Part shown: piece after piece, positions 19,879 through 30,400 of the stretch
Position numbering within the stretch: the stretch's first letter is position 1
Layout: each line of letters starts with the position of its first letter
Assembly (NCBI GenBank): GCA_963665815.1
Contig: OY762463.1
Location: 1,792,001-1,856,000 of the forward strand
DNA: 64,000 nt
Source: Candidatus Cloacimonadales bacterium
GTDB lineage: Bacteria > Cloacimonadota > Cloacimonadia > Cloacimonadales > JAIOQZ01
Direction of reading: 5' to 3'
Program-made: the position numbers and the translations under genes
The notes under the pieces: generated by a model
What the model was told of the DNA's origin: nothing
What the model saw: the letters and a program-made list of their open reading frames with translations, nothing else
The model's database searches: none

Positions 19879-21217
19879 TTTCAATACCTCTATCAGTTTG
19901 ATCTTTATTAACATAAACTAATCTATGCATAGCTCCAATCACAGCAAAAACTAACATTAACTGATAAAAATTGTTAGTCTGCTTTAAAACCCACTCCAGC
20001 GATGATTCCAGATATATTGCCAGTAATCCACCAACTAAAGCAACGGGAATAAACACATATTTCGTTTTTCTGTACTTAAACAGATTCTTCAGATTTAAAA
20101 AATACATATATAATATGAATGTCAAGAAAACACCTAAGTTATGCCATCCTGTTTCGGCGGCAATCATTAAATATATTGTCTCAACAAGTCCATGACGTTC
20201 CATCGGGTCAGTTTCATCATGCATTTGAATGTGAGTACCATAATTAAATGGTGCATTAATAGCTTGACCAAAGTTATTCAACCCAACACCCAGCTTTTTA
20301 TCATCAGCCATTTTAACTGCTGCTTCCGCAAGAAGCACACGAGTAGTTTTTGATGCCTCCGGTGCTGTCTGATATCTCGTAATAATTGAATCCATTGCCT
20401 TAAGTAATGCAAGGGCTCCCAGAATAAGAAGAACTGCAGTGATGGCAATCTTTTTCCTGTTTACACCTACAAACATGGATAACGTCCACATTACAACCAG
20501 TGAGAGTCCGTATAATGCCATACCTGCTCTTGATAGAGTCGCAATAATTGATACACTGCCAAAACCTAGAATCAGTATCCAGACCATCAATCTTTTAACC
20601 TTTGAATTGAACAAGTATGAAAAAAAGAAGCTATTCAGTATAATAACATACATCACAAGTGAGTTCTGGTGTGGGAATGGTCCGGGAGATTGATAAATTC
20701 TATAGATATATTTCTGTTGCATCTGCATAAAGAATATGAATATTGAAATAATTGCAAAGTTTATCATCAATTCCTGAAATTTTGAATAATCATCAATATA
20801 ATTGTAAAGCACCCACCAGAATATATACATACGTACCATTTTCCAGACTTCAAACATGGAATACAGTGGAACAGGAGCATTAACAATAGACAGTATACTG
20901 AAAAAGAAGTAGATTCCATATAGAATTGTTCCCTTGGGAAGTCTCAGTTCTGACAAACTTTTTCGTGAGATTAGAACAAGAAAAATTACAAGTGTTGCCA
21001 GATCCACAAGTCCAACCTCGAAACCCTTGGATGTTCCCCTGTAAAACTCCATAGATACAAAGTTAATATCTTCCATTTTCGCTGTAAAAAATATCATCAG
21101 GAAAAAAGCAATCTTTTCGAAGATTCTGTATTGAAGGGAAAGGAAATATCCTATAGGTACACCAAATATCAGAACAATGAAAAATACCAGATACTTGTAT
21201 TCAATTCCAAAAAGCAT
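19871..21217 (-). CDS. O-antigen ligase/polymerase family protein (Wzy_C)
   Basis: Polytopic; HQNSL, TLSRAG, LGVGLNNF, YLMIAAETG. Confidence 0.85.
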   Translation of the reverse strand: MLFGIEYKYLVFFIVLIFGVPIGYFLSLQYRIFEKIAFFLMIFFTAKMEDINFVSMEFYRGTSKGFEVGLVDLATLVIFLVLISRKSLSELRLPKGTILYGIYFFFSILSIVNAPVPLYSMFEVWKMVRMYIFWWVLYNYIDDYSKFQELMINFAIISIFIFFMQMQQKYIYRIYQSPGPFPHQNSLVMYVIILNSFFFSYLFNSKVKRLMVWILILGFGSVSIIATLSRAGMALYGLSLVVMWTLSMFVGVNRKKIAITAVLLILGALALLKAMDSIITRYQTAPEASKTTRVLLAEAAVKMADDKKLGVGLNNFGQAINAPFNYGTHIQMHDETDPMERHGLVETIYLMIAAETGWHNLGVFLTFILYMYFLNLKNLFKYRKTKYVFIPVALVGGLLAIYLESSLEWVLKQTNNFYQLMLVFAVIGAMHRLVYVNKDQTDRGIENG

Positions 21218-21272
21218 GTGAAATCCTTATATCAGAAACGTGCTGGTTCCGAATAATCTGCGGAAATCATAC

Positions 21273-22304
21273 TTAATTATCATTTATAAGGTCATTTACA
21301 ATGTAATATCCCTGAATTGCATTAAGACTTGGAATTACAAGGTCAAGTACTTCATTCCAGTTTGCAAAAAGACTGGCAGGAACAAAAACGATATCATTCG
21401 GTTTTAATGGGAAATCCTGCACTTCTGCACGCATTACAGCTTTTGTATCAATTTTAAACAGCCTCGGATGAGACAGATTTCCACGTATAACATAAACTGT
21501 TCTTTTAGCAGTAGGTCGGAATCCATTAGCAAAACTGATAATCTGCATCAGAGTCATATTTTCTTTGAATGCATAGTGTCCTTGAGTATTAACTTCACCC
21601 AGAACGTAAATTTCTCTGTTTATTGCAGATGGTATATATATGTAATCTTTGTCTGCCAAAGGGATGTTATAAAGCATATTACCGTTTTTAATCAGCTCCA
21701 TGAAGTCTATAGGCAGAATTCTGCCATTTCTCAGAAGATAGGTTCTTTCCAGATCAGCCAATTCTGTAGTATTGTTCTGGAAGTAACCAACTGCAAGACC
21801 TCCACCTTCAGCAATAGCATCAAGGATTCTCATATCACCATCAAGAACTACTCTTCCCGGGCGTGTAATTTTTCCAAGTATAGTAACACTGGAACTTGTC
21901 AGCTGGACAGCTTTCATTGTAACTTGCGGATGCCTTATATATTCACTGAGAGCTTTTTCGATTTTTGTGGAAGCTTCAGGAATGGTCAATCCTTCTACAT
22001 GAAGGTCAGGTATTAATTTCAGAGATATTGTTCCATCCGATTTTACCATAACACCCATAGTTGTAAGTTCTTCTTCATCATAAACGAAGATGTCAAAAAC
22101 GTCTTCAGCCCCTATTGTATATTTTTTTATTGGAAGTGTATGCAGAGCTTTTAGCTCTTCCTCTATTTTCTTCTCATCTTTCTTTTCAACTTGAACAGAC
22201 TCAAGAAACTGAGGCATAGCAGTTACAGATTTCAGTTCCGGCTTCACTCTTACACAACTAAGTAAAATTATAGATAACAGCGTTAAAATTATAAGTTTTT
22301 TCAT
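21273..22304 (-). CDS. wza: Polysaccharide export outer-membrane lipoprotein with SLBB domains
   Basis: Lipobox LLSC; YTIG..D, DGTISLKLI...GLT, two SLBB repeats, LKPNDIVFVP. Confidence 0.9.
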   Translation of the reverse strand: MKKLIILTLLSIILLSCVRVKPELKSVTAMPQFLESVQVEKKDEKKIEEELKALHTLPIKKYTIGAEDVFDIFVYDEEELTTMGVMVKSDGTISLKLIPDLHVEGLTIPEASTKIEKALSEYIRHPQVTMKAVQLTSSSVTILGKITRPGRVVLDGDMRILDAIAEGGGLAVGYFQNNTTELADLERTYLLRNGRILPIDFMELIKNGNMLYNIPLADKDYIYIPSAINREIYVLGEVNTQGHYAFKENMTLMQIISFANGFRPTAKRTVYVIRGNLSHPRLFKIDTKAVMRAEVQDFPLKPNDIVFVPASLFANWNEVLDLVIPSLNAIQGYYIVNDLINDN

Positions 22305-22319
22305 AAATACTCCGTACTC

Positions 22320-24317
22320 CTAAGCCATGAAGTAAGGTTTGGGTACTTCATTCAGAATTCCGGCAATCGGTACATCTGTGTTCTTCTTAAGATAATCTAT
22401 TACACTTACCAGATGATCCCTGTTTGTATGACGGAATTTTGTTACAACCGTCAGTAAATCGGAAAATCCGGAAATTGTAGTAAACAACTGAAGATTCTGT
22501 TCCGCTTCAAACAATTCCCAGATGATAATATCATAACTTGTCAATTGCTGGAAAAAAGAAGTAAGCTGATCATTATCAAGAACATCTTTGTAAGCCTGAT
22601 CGTCATGCACAAAGTAGCATTTATGCAGCTTTTCAGCTATAACAAACATATTATCCTGTGATATTTCCTTTTTTTCGTAGACAGCTTTATTGATCATATA
22701 TGGTTCGATGTCATCATCATGCTCATCAATACTTTCTATCCAGAGAACTTTTTCATTTTTCGCCATGAATATCTCAACAAGTTCCCTGACAACAAACGAT
22801 TTACCGGAATCTGCATTTGGATTACCAACTGTAAGAAATGCCGGCATTTTCTCAGGCATCTGCTTTCTCAACTGCGAATACAATATCTGTAGTTGAGCAT
22901 GGAATATTGAGTCAGAATACATGTCTCTGTTAGGGATCTCAGCAAGGAAGTTAACATCTACAAAATTGTCATAATCATATTTAGACTTAACTCTGAAATC
23001 AAACAGTTCTCTGAAAATGTAAAATACCATGAATCCCGTAAATGTAAGGAAACCGAATGCCAGAGCTATCATCTTTCTTCCTGATGCCTGAGGATACTTA
23101 GGCGGTATAGCCGGTTCCAGAATTGCGAAGTCACTGACATTGGACTCCATAGCTATTCTGGATTCTACGATACGATTCTCCAGCATCTCAAGCAATCTGA
23201 TGGTCAGATCATACTTTCTTTTAAGCTCAAAATACTCTTTCTCAAGATATGACAACTCTGCAAGATCTTCCCTTACCTGATGGATTCTCATATCGTAATC
23301 ACCAATCAAATCCTCAGCAGATTTCAATTGATACTCAAACTTAGCCTTTTCACTCATCATATTCTGTTTTACAGGACTTTCACCATATGTAACAATATCC
23401 GGAATAATCTCCTGTTCAAACTCTTTTCCGGCAGCTAACTTTTCTTCGAGTTCTCTAATCTCTTCTTTCGTTTTGACGACTTTGGGATTCTTATCTGTGT
23501 ATGCTTCTTCATATTTTTCAAGATCAGCATACAATTTCTTAAGATTACTGTTATCAACTTCATTTACTGTCTGCCCAAGTTTCACAAACTCAGGGAATTC
23601 GGCAATTTTAAGATCAACTTCATCTATCTGACTTTTCAGTCCTTCAATAGTTATATTGTTTTCAATTTTTTTGAGTTCAAGATCATTCAAATGGTTATAC
23701 TTCATCTGTGTCTCATCTTCAATAGACAACACTCCATGCTGCTTTCTGAATCGTTCCATAGCAAGCTGATACCTGTCTAAATCATCGAGATACTTATCCC
23801 TTAACGGAAGATAGTAGTTGTATACCCTTTTGGTAGAAGCATTGAGAATATCAATGTAATTCTGAATGAATGTTTCTGCCAGAACATTGGCTATTGATAC
23901 AGATTTATCCCGCTCCTGGTGAAAAGCAGTAATATGTATAAGGTTGGATCTTCCACCTCTTTCAACATATATCTTATCAAATAGTTTATCGGGTGTTATC
24001 TCAAGATTAAGACTGTCTATTACTGACTGAAGGTTCTTTCTCATTCTGATAGATGAAAGAACTGTATTCAGGTCAAGCTGTTGATACAGATACGGCATAT
24101 CCTGTCTCATGGAAATATTCTTCATATTTCTGATAAGCGTACTTCTGGCTCGCCAGACTGGCGTCACTGTCAGTTTTGCATAAATTCCACCAATAACCAG
24201 CGCAATAAATGATGAAATCAGAACAAAGATAATTTTCCGCCTGATAGTAACAAACATTACTTTTTTATCAAACTTCATTAAATTAAATTTTTCATCTGCA
24301 TTATGAAATGAACTCAT
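22320..24317 (-). CDS. Polysaccharide co-polymerase (Wzc/GumC-like) with a degenerate kinase domain
   Basis: Two TM helices flanking a long coiled coil (YTDKNPKV); ILEPAIPP; Walker-A-like NADSGKS; GILN near the C-terminus; no Tyr cluster. Confidence 0.85.
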   Translation of the reverse strand: MSSFHNADEKFNLMKFDKKVMFVTIRRKIIFVLISSFIALVIGGIYAKLTVTPVWRARSTLIRNMKNISMRQDMPYLYQQLDLNTVLSSIRMRKNLQSVIDSLNLEITPDKLFDKIYVERGGRSNLIHITAFHQERDKSVSIANVLAETFIQNYIDILNASTKRVYNYYLPLRDKYLDDLDRYQLAMERFRKQHGVLSIEDETQMKYNHLNDLELKKIENNITIEGLKSQIDEVDLKIAEFPEFVKLGQTVNEVDNSNLKKLYADLEKYEEAYTDKNPKVVKTKEEIRELEEKLAAGKEFEQEIIPDIVTYGESPVKQNMMSEKAKFEYQLKSAEDLIGDYDMRIHQVREDLAELSYLEKEYFELKRKYDLTIRLLEMLENRIVESRIAMESNVSDFAILEPAIPPKYPQASGRKMIALAFGFLTFTGFMVFYIFRELFDFRVKSKYDYDNFVDVNFLAEIPNRDMYSDSIFHAQLQILYSQLRKQMPEKMPAFLTVGNPNADSGKSFVVRELVEIFMAKNEKVLWIESIDEHDDDIEPYMINKAVYEKKEISQDNMFVIAEKLHKCYFVHDDQAYKDVLDNDQLTSFFQQLTSYDIIIWELFEAEQNLQLFTTISGFSDLLTVVTKFRHTNRDHLVSVIDYLKKNTDVPIAGILNEVPKPYFMA

Positions 24318-24457
24318 AATTTCCTTAAATCCTTAACTTATTGTATTTAATCCAATTACAATACATATTTTAAAATCAAAAAAATATCATCTTATTAATT
24401 ACTTATCTCACTATATGTCAAGATATTTAACACTACCAACTGATTATTAATTTATAA

Positions 24458-27400
24458 TCAATCAATAATATCGCTTATATAACCTGCAATCTGCTCTACT
24501 TGAGGTTCTTTTAATATCGTGTCGTGAGTAGCATTTATTTTGAACATTTGAACTTTCTCAACAAAGATATCCCATGCCATATATGGATCGTCGACAAAAC
24601 TTGCCGGTTGTTGTAAAGCTTTAAACAACACAACTCCACCTTTGCATGGACGATAATTATACCTGCACACAGCTGCGATATTCTTTTTCCTTACAGCAGA
24701 ACGATTTGCAAACATACCCTGATCAAAAAAAGTATCTTCATCACCAAAATTCTGGTGATTTCCGAATCGATTTCTGATTTTTGTTTTCAGTATCCGCAAC
24801 GTCTCTTTTAAGCCTAACTCTACCAACAGCTTTATCTTACTCTTGAAATACTTCTTCCTTAGAGATTCAACTGGTCTGAATGCCCAGGTATCAAAAAGGA
24901 ACAAATGTTTCACATCGACTTTCTTCCATCTGAGCTGCTGCATCATTTCGTATGCTACTGTTCCACCAAAACACCAACCTCCGATATATACAGCTCCGCC
25001 CGGATGCCTTTCCTTAATAATCCTGACGTAATGTGCCGCCGTTTCCTCTACAGACTCAAGTGCCTTATCCGGATTCATTAATCCCGGTGCTTGAAAACCA
25101 TATATTGGCAGATCAGCTGGGAGATGTCTTATCAAATTCACATAACCCAGTAAATCTCCTGGCAGTGGATGCACCAGATACAAAGGTGTTTTCTTACTGT
25201 TTCCCTTTTGAAGTTCAACAAGTGAATAATCCCCGAACACTCCATCTTGAATGATTGTCTGCTCAAGTTTTCCTGCCAGTTCCTCCAGATCTTTATGTCT
25301 GAAAAGATCCTGTACTTTGAGACTTAAGCCTGCCTGACCCAGCCTGTTTATTACAAGCATACTAAGAACTGAATTTCCACCGAGTTCAAAGAAATTGTTA
25401 TTGATTCCAACATTATCAATACCAAGTACATCTCCGATTATGTTACACAATACTTCCTGATCAGGTGTTCCCGCTTTAACAATTTCATCCTGATTTTTCT
25501 TTATAGTTGCATCAGGAACAGGTAACTTCTTTCTGTCAATTTTACCATTTGCCGTAAGTGGAAACTCATCCATATAAAGGAAAACTCCCGGAATCATATA
25601 GTCAGGAAGCCTGTTTGCAATGGAATCAGCAATTTTTTTTACCGAAATTTCCTTATCCGCAATATAGTAACCGCATAACTGCAGCATTTCGTTTCTGTCT
25701 TTGAACGTATGAACAACAGCATCATTGAATAAACCGGTCTTCATCAGTTCATTTTCAATTTCACCAAGTTCAATTCTATGTCCCCTGATCTTAACCTGAA
25801 AGTCATTTCTACCAAAGCATTCAAGCCTGCCATCTACATCAAATCTAACAATATCTCCTGTTCTGTAAACAATTTCACTCACTCCTGAAGGATTTGTGAA
25901 ATCTACAAATTTCTGAGCAGTTAAATCTTCTCTGTTATGATAACCTGCAGTAATACCTTTTCCTCCAATCAGCAGCTCTCCTTTTACACCGTCAGGAACT
26001 GGGTTCAACTCAGAATCAACAACGTAAAGAGTTGTATTGACAACAGCATGACCAATGTATATCCTGCTGTCTGTCTCCAGTATTCTGTGAATAACAGACC
26101 ATACTGTAGTCTCAGTCGGTCCGTACATATTCCATAACTCACCGCACATCTTCAAAAGTCCTGATGCAAGATCATAAGATACCGGTTCTCCCCCGCACAG
26201 CACTTTCAGAGTCTCCGAGCCTTTCCAGCCAATATCTCTCAGCATTTTCCAGGTTGAAGGTGTTGCCTGCATAATAGTAATTTTTTCTGATTCTATCATT
26301 TCAGCAAGTTTCCCTGCATCGTAAACATCATCCCGAGAAGCCAGAATAAGTTCAGCTCCGGTAACAAGAGGAAGAAATACTTCCAGTACAGAGATATCGA
26401 AACTCAATGGAGTTACAGCGAGAAGTTTATCACCAATAGTCATTCCCGGTTCTTTCTGCATAGAAAGTATGAAATTTGTGACAGCACTGTGAGGCACTTT
26501 CACAGCTTTAGGTTTTCCGGTTGTTCCTGATGTATAAATATAGTATGCTATAGAATCAGGTTTAGAAGCATCTGCAGCATTTTCTGCTTCTTTGATGTCT
26601 TCAGATTTTATATCTTCCCAGATTCTGGCATTTTCAAAATCTATTCTTTGAGTATACTTCTTCTCAATAATAATCTGTTCTGGAGCAGAATCTTCTGCCA
26701 TAAAAAGAAGTCTGTCATTCGGAAACTCTGGATCAAGATACAGATATGCCGCTCCAACTCTCTGTATTGCACATATCAGAGCAATAAGATCAACAGATCG
26801 GTCCATCATTACAGCTATGATTCTGCTGTCAGCGTCGTGTTTTACCTTATTGCAATACGACTGCACCAGTTCACCAAATTCTCCATAAGTAATCGAAGTA
26901 TCTCCGAATTTTACTGCCGTTCTGTCCTGACAATCCTGTATTCTGTCAATTATCAGATTCTGGATAGTAGTATTCGGGAACTTTATCTCAGCTTTTCTAT
27001 TTCTTTCATCAATTAATTCTTTTTCAGCATCTGACAGTAGACCAAGATTCTTAATCTGAGTTCTGCTGTTACTTACCATCTGAGAAATAATTGCGTTATA
27101 ATGCTCTCCGGTTTTTTCTGAAAACCATGCCTCGAATAAATCAGGATTATACTCGAATCGGCAGTGCATACTGCCTTCAATCTCAACTATTTCCATCGTA
27201 ATATCAAGTTTTGATGTATCATTAGCCAGTATCTTCGCCTTTAACTCCAATCCCGGAATATCCAGATCAATAGAAGGCAGATTCTGGAACACAAACATCA
27301 CCTGAAAGAGTGGATGTCGGCTCAGATCACGTTCAGGATTCATCTTATCTACTATCGATTTAAAAGGATATCCGCTATGCGTGAGATTATCAAGGGTTTC

Positions 27401-30400
27401 TTTTCGAACAATATCTATTACATCACTTACATTATCATCTTTATGCACAGGAATTCTGTATAGCTGATTATCCATGAATGAGCCGATAACACCGTCATAA
27501 TCCGGATCCAGCCTGTTTGCCGCCGGTGAACCTATCAGAATATCTTCCTGAGCCGTGTATTTATAAAGCAGTAACCTGAATGCTGATAACAGCAGCATAA
27601 ATTTACTGGCACTTTTTTCTCTTGCCAACCTACTCAACTTACTGCAAAGATCTTTATTTACAGTGAAATAAATATTAGATCCATTTGTTGTCTGAACAGC
27701 AGGTCTTTCCTTCTGGGTCGGTAAATCAATTGGTTCAGGCAAAGGATTTAGTTTACCGGTCCAGTATTTCTCAAGCATTGCCTGCCTTTGCCTGTCAACA
27801 GGCTTATTAACAAAGTCTGCAAAAGTCCTGTCGGATTCAATCAGTTTCACAGATTTATTACTGATAAAAGATGTATAAATTGCAGTCAGTTCATTTATAA
27901 GAATACTTACTGACCAGCCATCCAGTACAATGTGATGGAAACAAATAATCATTCTATGATCATACTGAGATTTTCTCCAAACTTTAATCTTGAATAAAGG
28001 TCCTTCAGACAGATTAAATGAATGCCTTGTTACTTCTCTGTAAGCATCATCAAATTCTTTATCACTCCAGTTTTCTTTAGATACATCTATTACTTCAACA
28101 TCAACTTTATTGTAATCCATCGGCTTCTGAACAGGCAGACCGTTCCTTTCAAAGAATACACTTCTAAGAGCTTCATGTCTCTGCATCAGTTTGATAAGGC
28201 TTTTATTCATGACATAATCATCAAACAAGCCTTTTATTTCAAACAGAACAGGTATGTTATAAGCAACGTTATTTTTGTCCATTTTCCACAGGAACCACAA
28301 ACCTTCCTGCTGTATTGTAAGGAGATATTCTTTCCCGGAAGTTGACGTTGCAGATGTTTTCCCGAGTGTTTCAGCTTTGAATTCAGAATGGCTTATCTCA
28401 AGCAAAATATCGTCTATGGTTGAGTTATTCAGAAAATCATGCAGTGATAGCTTTGCATTGAATTTTTTCTCCACTCGGGCAATAAACTGCATTGCAGTAA
28501 GTGAATTCCCACCATTCTCAAAGAAATCATGCCTATCATCAATGTCTGTTTTTAAAACATCTTCCATTACATGAATAATATCAGCTCTGACATCAGTCTG
28601 CTCTAATGTTCCATCATCTCGTACAATGTTTCCCGTAACAAGTTCTATCAGATCCTTGAGGCTACTCTTATTCATAAAATCATGAATGGAAAGGTTTACA
28701 TTGAACTCTTTCTCAATGCGTGATATCAACTGCATTGCTGTAAGGGAATGTCCACCGTTCTCAAAGAAATCTGAATCAGGACTGTCATCATCTGATTTCA
28801 GTATTTCCTTCCATATTTTCACTACTCCCGCAATAGAACCATTGTCTGTTTTCTTCTCGGTTATTTCATCAGGTAGAATTCCTTTAAGACATTCGAGCGT
28901 ATCTCTGATTGATGTATGCTCCATAAAATCTGAGATTGATATGGCTACATTGAACTCTTTGTCAATTCGACTTATCATCTGCATTGCTGTTAGAGAATGA
29001 CCACCTGACTCAAAGAAACTTGAGTCTAAATCTATATTATCATTTTTTAAAACATCTCTAACAATCTGAAGAAGTCTCTGCCCAATCATTCCCGTTTTAT
29101 GAGAAATCTTCTTCTTCTCTGTTTTCCATACAGGTTCAGGCAAAACCTTTCTGTTTATCTTTCCCGAAGTATTGTACTCAAACTTATCCACGATCATTAT
29201 CAATGCAGGAACCATATATGAAGGAAGAGTATCTTTCATGAATGCCTTAAGACTGTCCGTGTTCAAAAAAACATTATCTTCCGGAAGTACATAAGCTATA
29301 AGCTGCTTCATCCCGGTTCTGTCTTCAACTGCAACTACAATGCATTCTGAGACTCCGTCATAATCTCTGCATAATCTTTCTATTTCACCCGGTTCAATTC
29401 TATGACCGCGTATTTTAACCTGAAAATCTATTCTTCCGGCTATCTCTAACAAATTGTTCTCGTTAATCCTGACCAGATCACCGGTTCTGTATATCAGCCC
29501 TTTTCCTGTAACCGGATTCTTAACAAAGCTTTTTGCAGTTTTCTCCGGATCGTTCAAATAACCTTTTGCTAATCCTGCACCACCAATGCACAATTCTCCC
29601 GATACACCTTTTGGAACAGGCCTCATGTTTCTGTCGAGAACGTAAATTTGAGTATTAGCAATAGGTCTGCCGATAGGAAAATCATTATCCTCATCTCCGG
29701 GTTCATACCAGGTAGAAATAATCGTTGTCTCAGTAGGACCATAAGTGTTCAGCAATCTGATTCTACCCTGAGTTTTTTCTTTCCAGATATTATATATTGT
29801 TAGATCAGCCTTTTCTCCACCTATAATCACTAATCTGACACAATCAGGAATTACATATTCATCAAGATGCTTTACCAGCTCATGCCAGTATGCCGTAGCC
29901 AGATTCAAAACTGTAATCTGTTCGGATTCCACATATCTCAGAAATCCGGGAATTGATGAAAAAGCTTCTTCAGTTCGTGGTATCAGTGTTGCTCCAGTTA
30001 GAAATGTAGGAAATATTTCTTCGACTGACAGATCAAAACTTATTGATCCAAACTGTAGATTTCTGTCTTTTTCTGTAAGCTCATAATCGTCGATCACTGC
30101 CAGATTATGGTTCAGCATTCCCCTGTTAAGCACTTGCACACCTTTGGGTTTACCGGTAGAACCGCTTGTATAGATCAAATACGCGACATCTTCCCCACCG
30201 GCAATAGTTTTAACTTCTGGTAGTTTTGCTTTCAGAACTTCAGCGAGCTGCACATTATAAACAACCTGTTTTATATCAAATCCTCTGATTCTGGTATAGT
30301 TTTCACTATCTGTGACGATAAGTTTTGCCCCGGAATCATTCAACATATATTCAATTCTATCATCAGGATAAGCTGCATCAAGCGGCATATATGCTGCCCC

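Noticed and set aside
24392-24421. Internal promoter upstream of the wzc-like gene
   Set aside because: TTGACA is present on the minus strand (24421-24416) but the -10 at 16-18 nt spacing is poor in very AT-rich DNA. Left uncalled, though it matters for whether the NRPS and export genes are co-transcribed.
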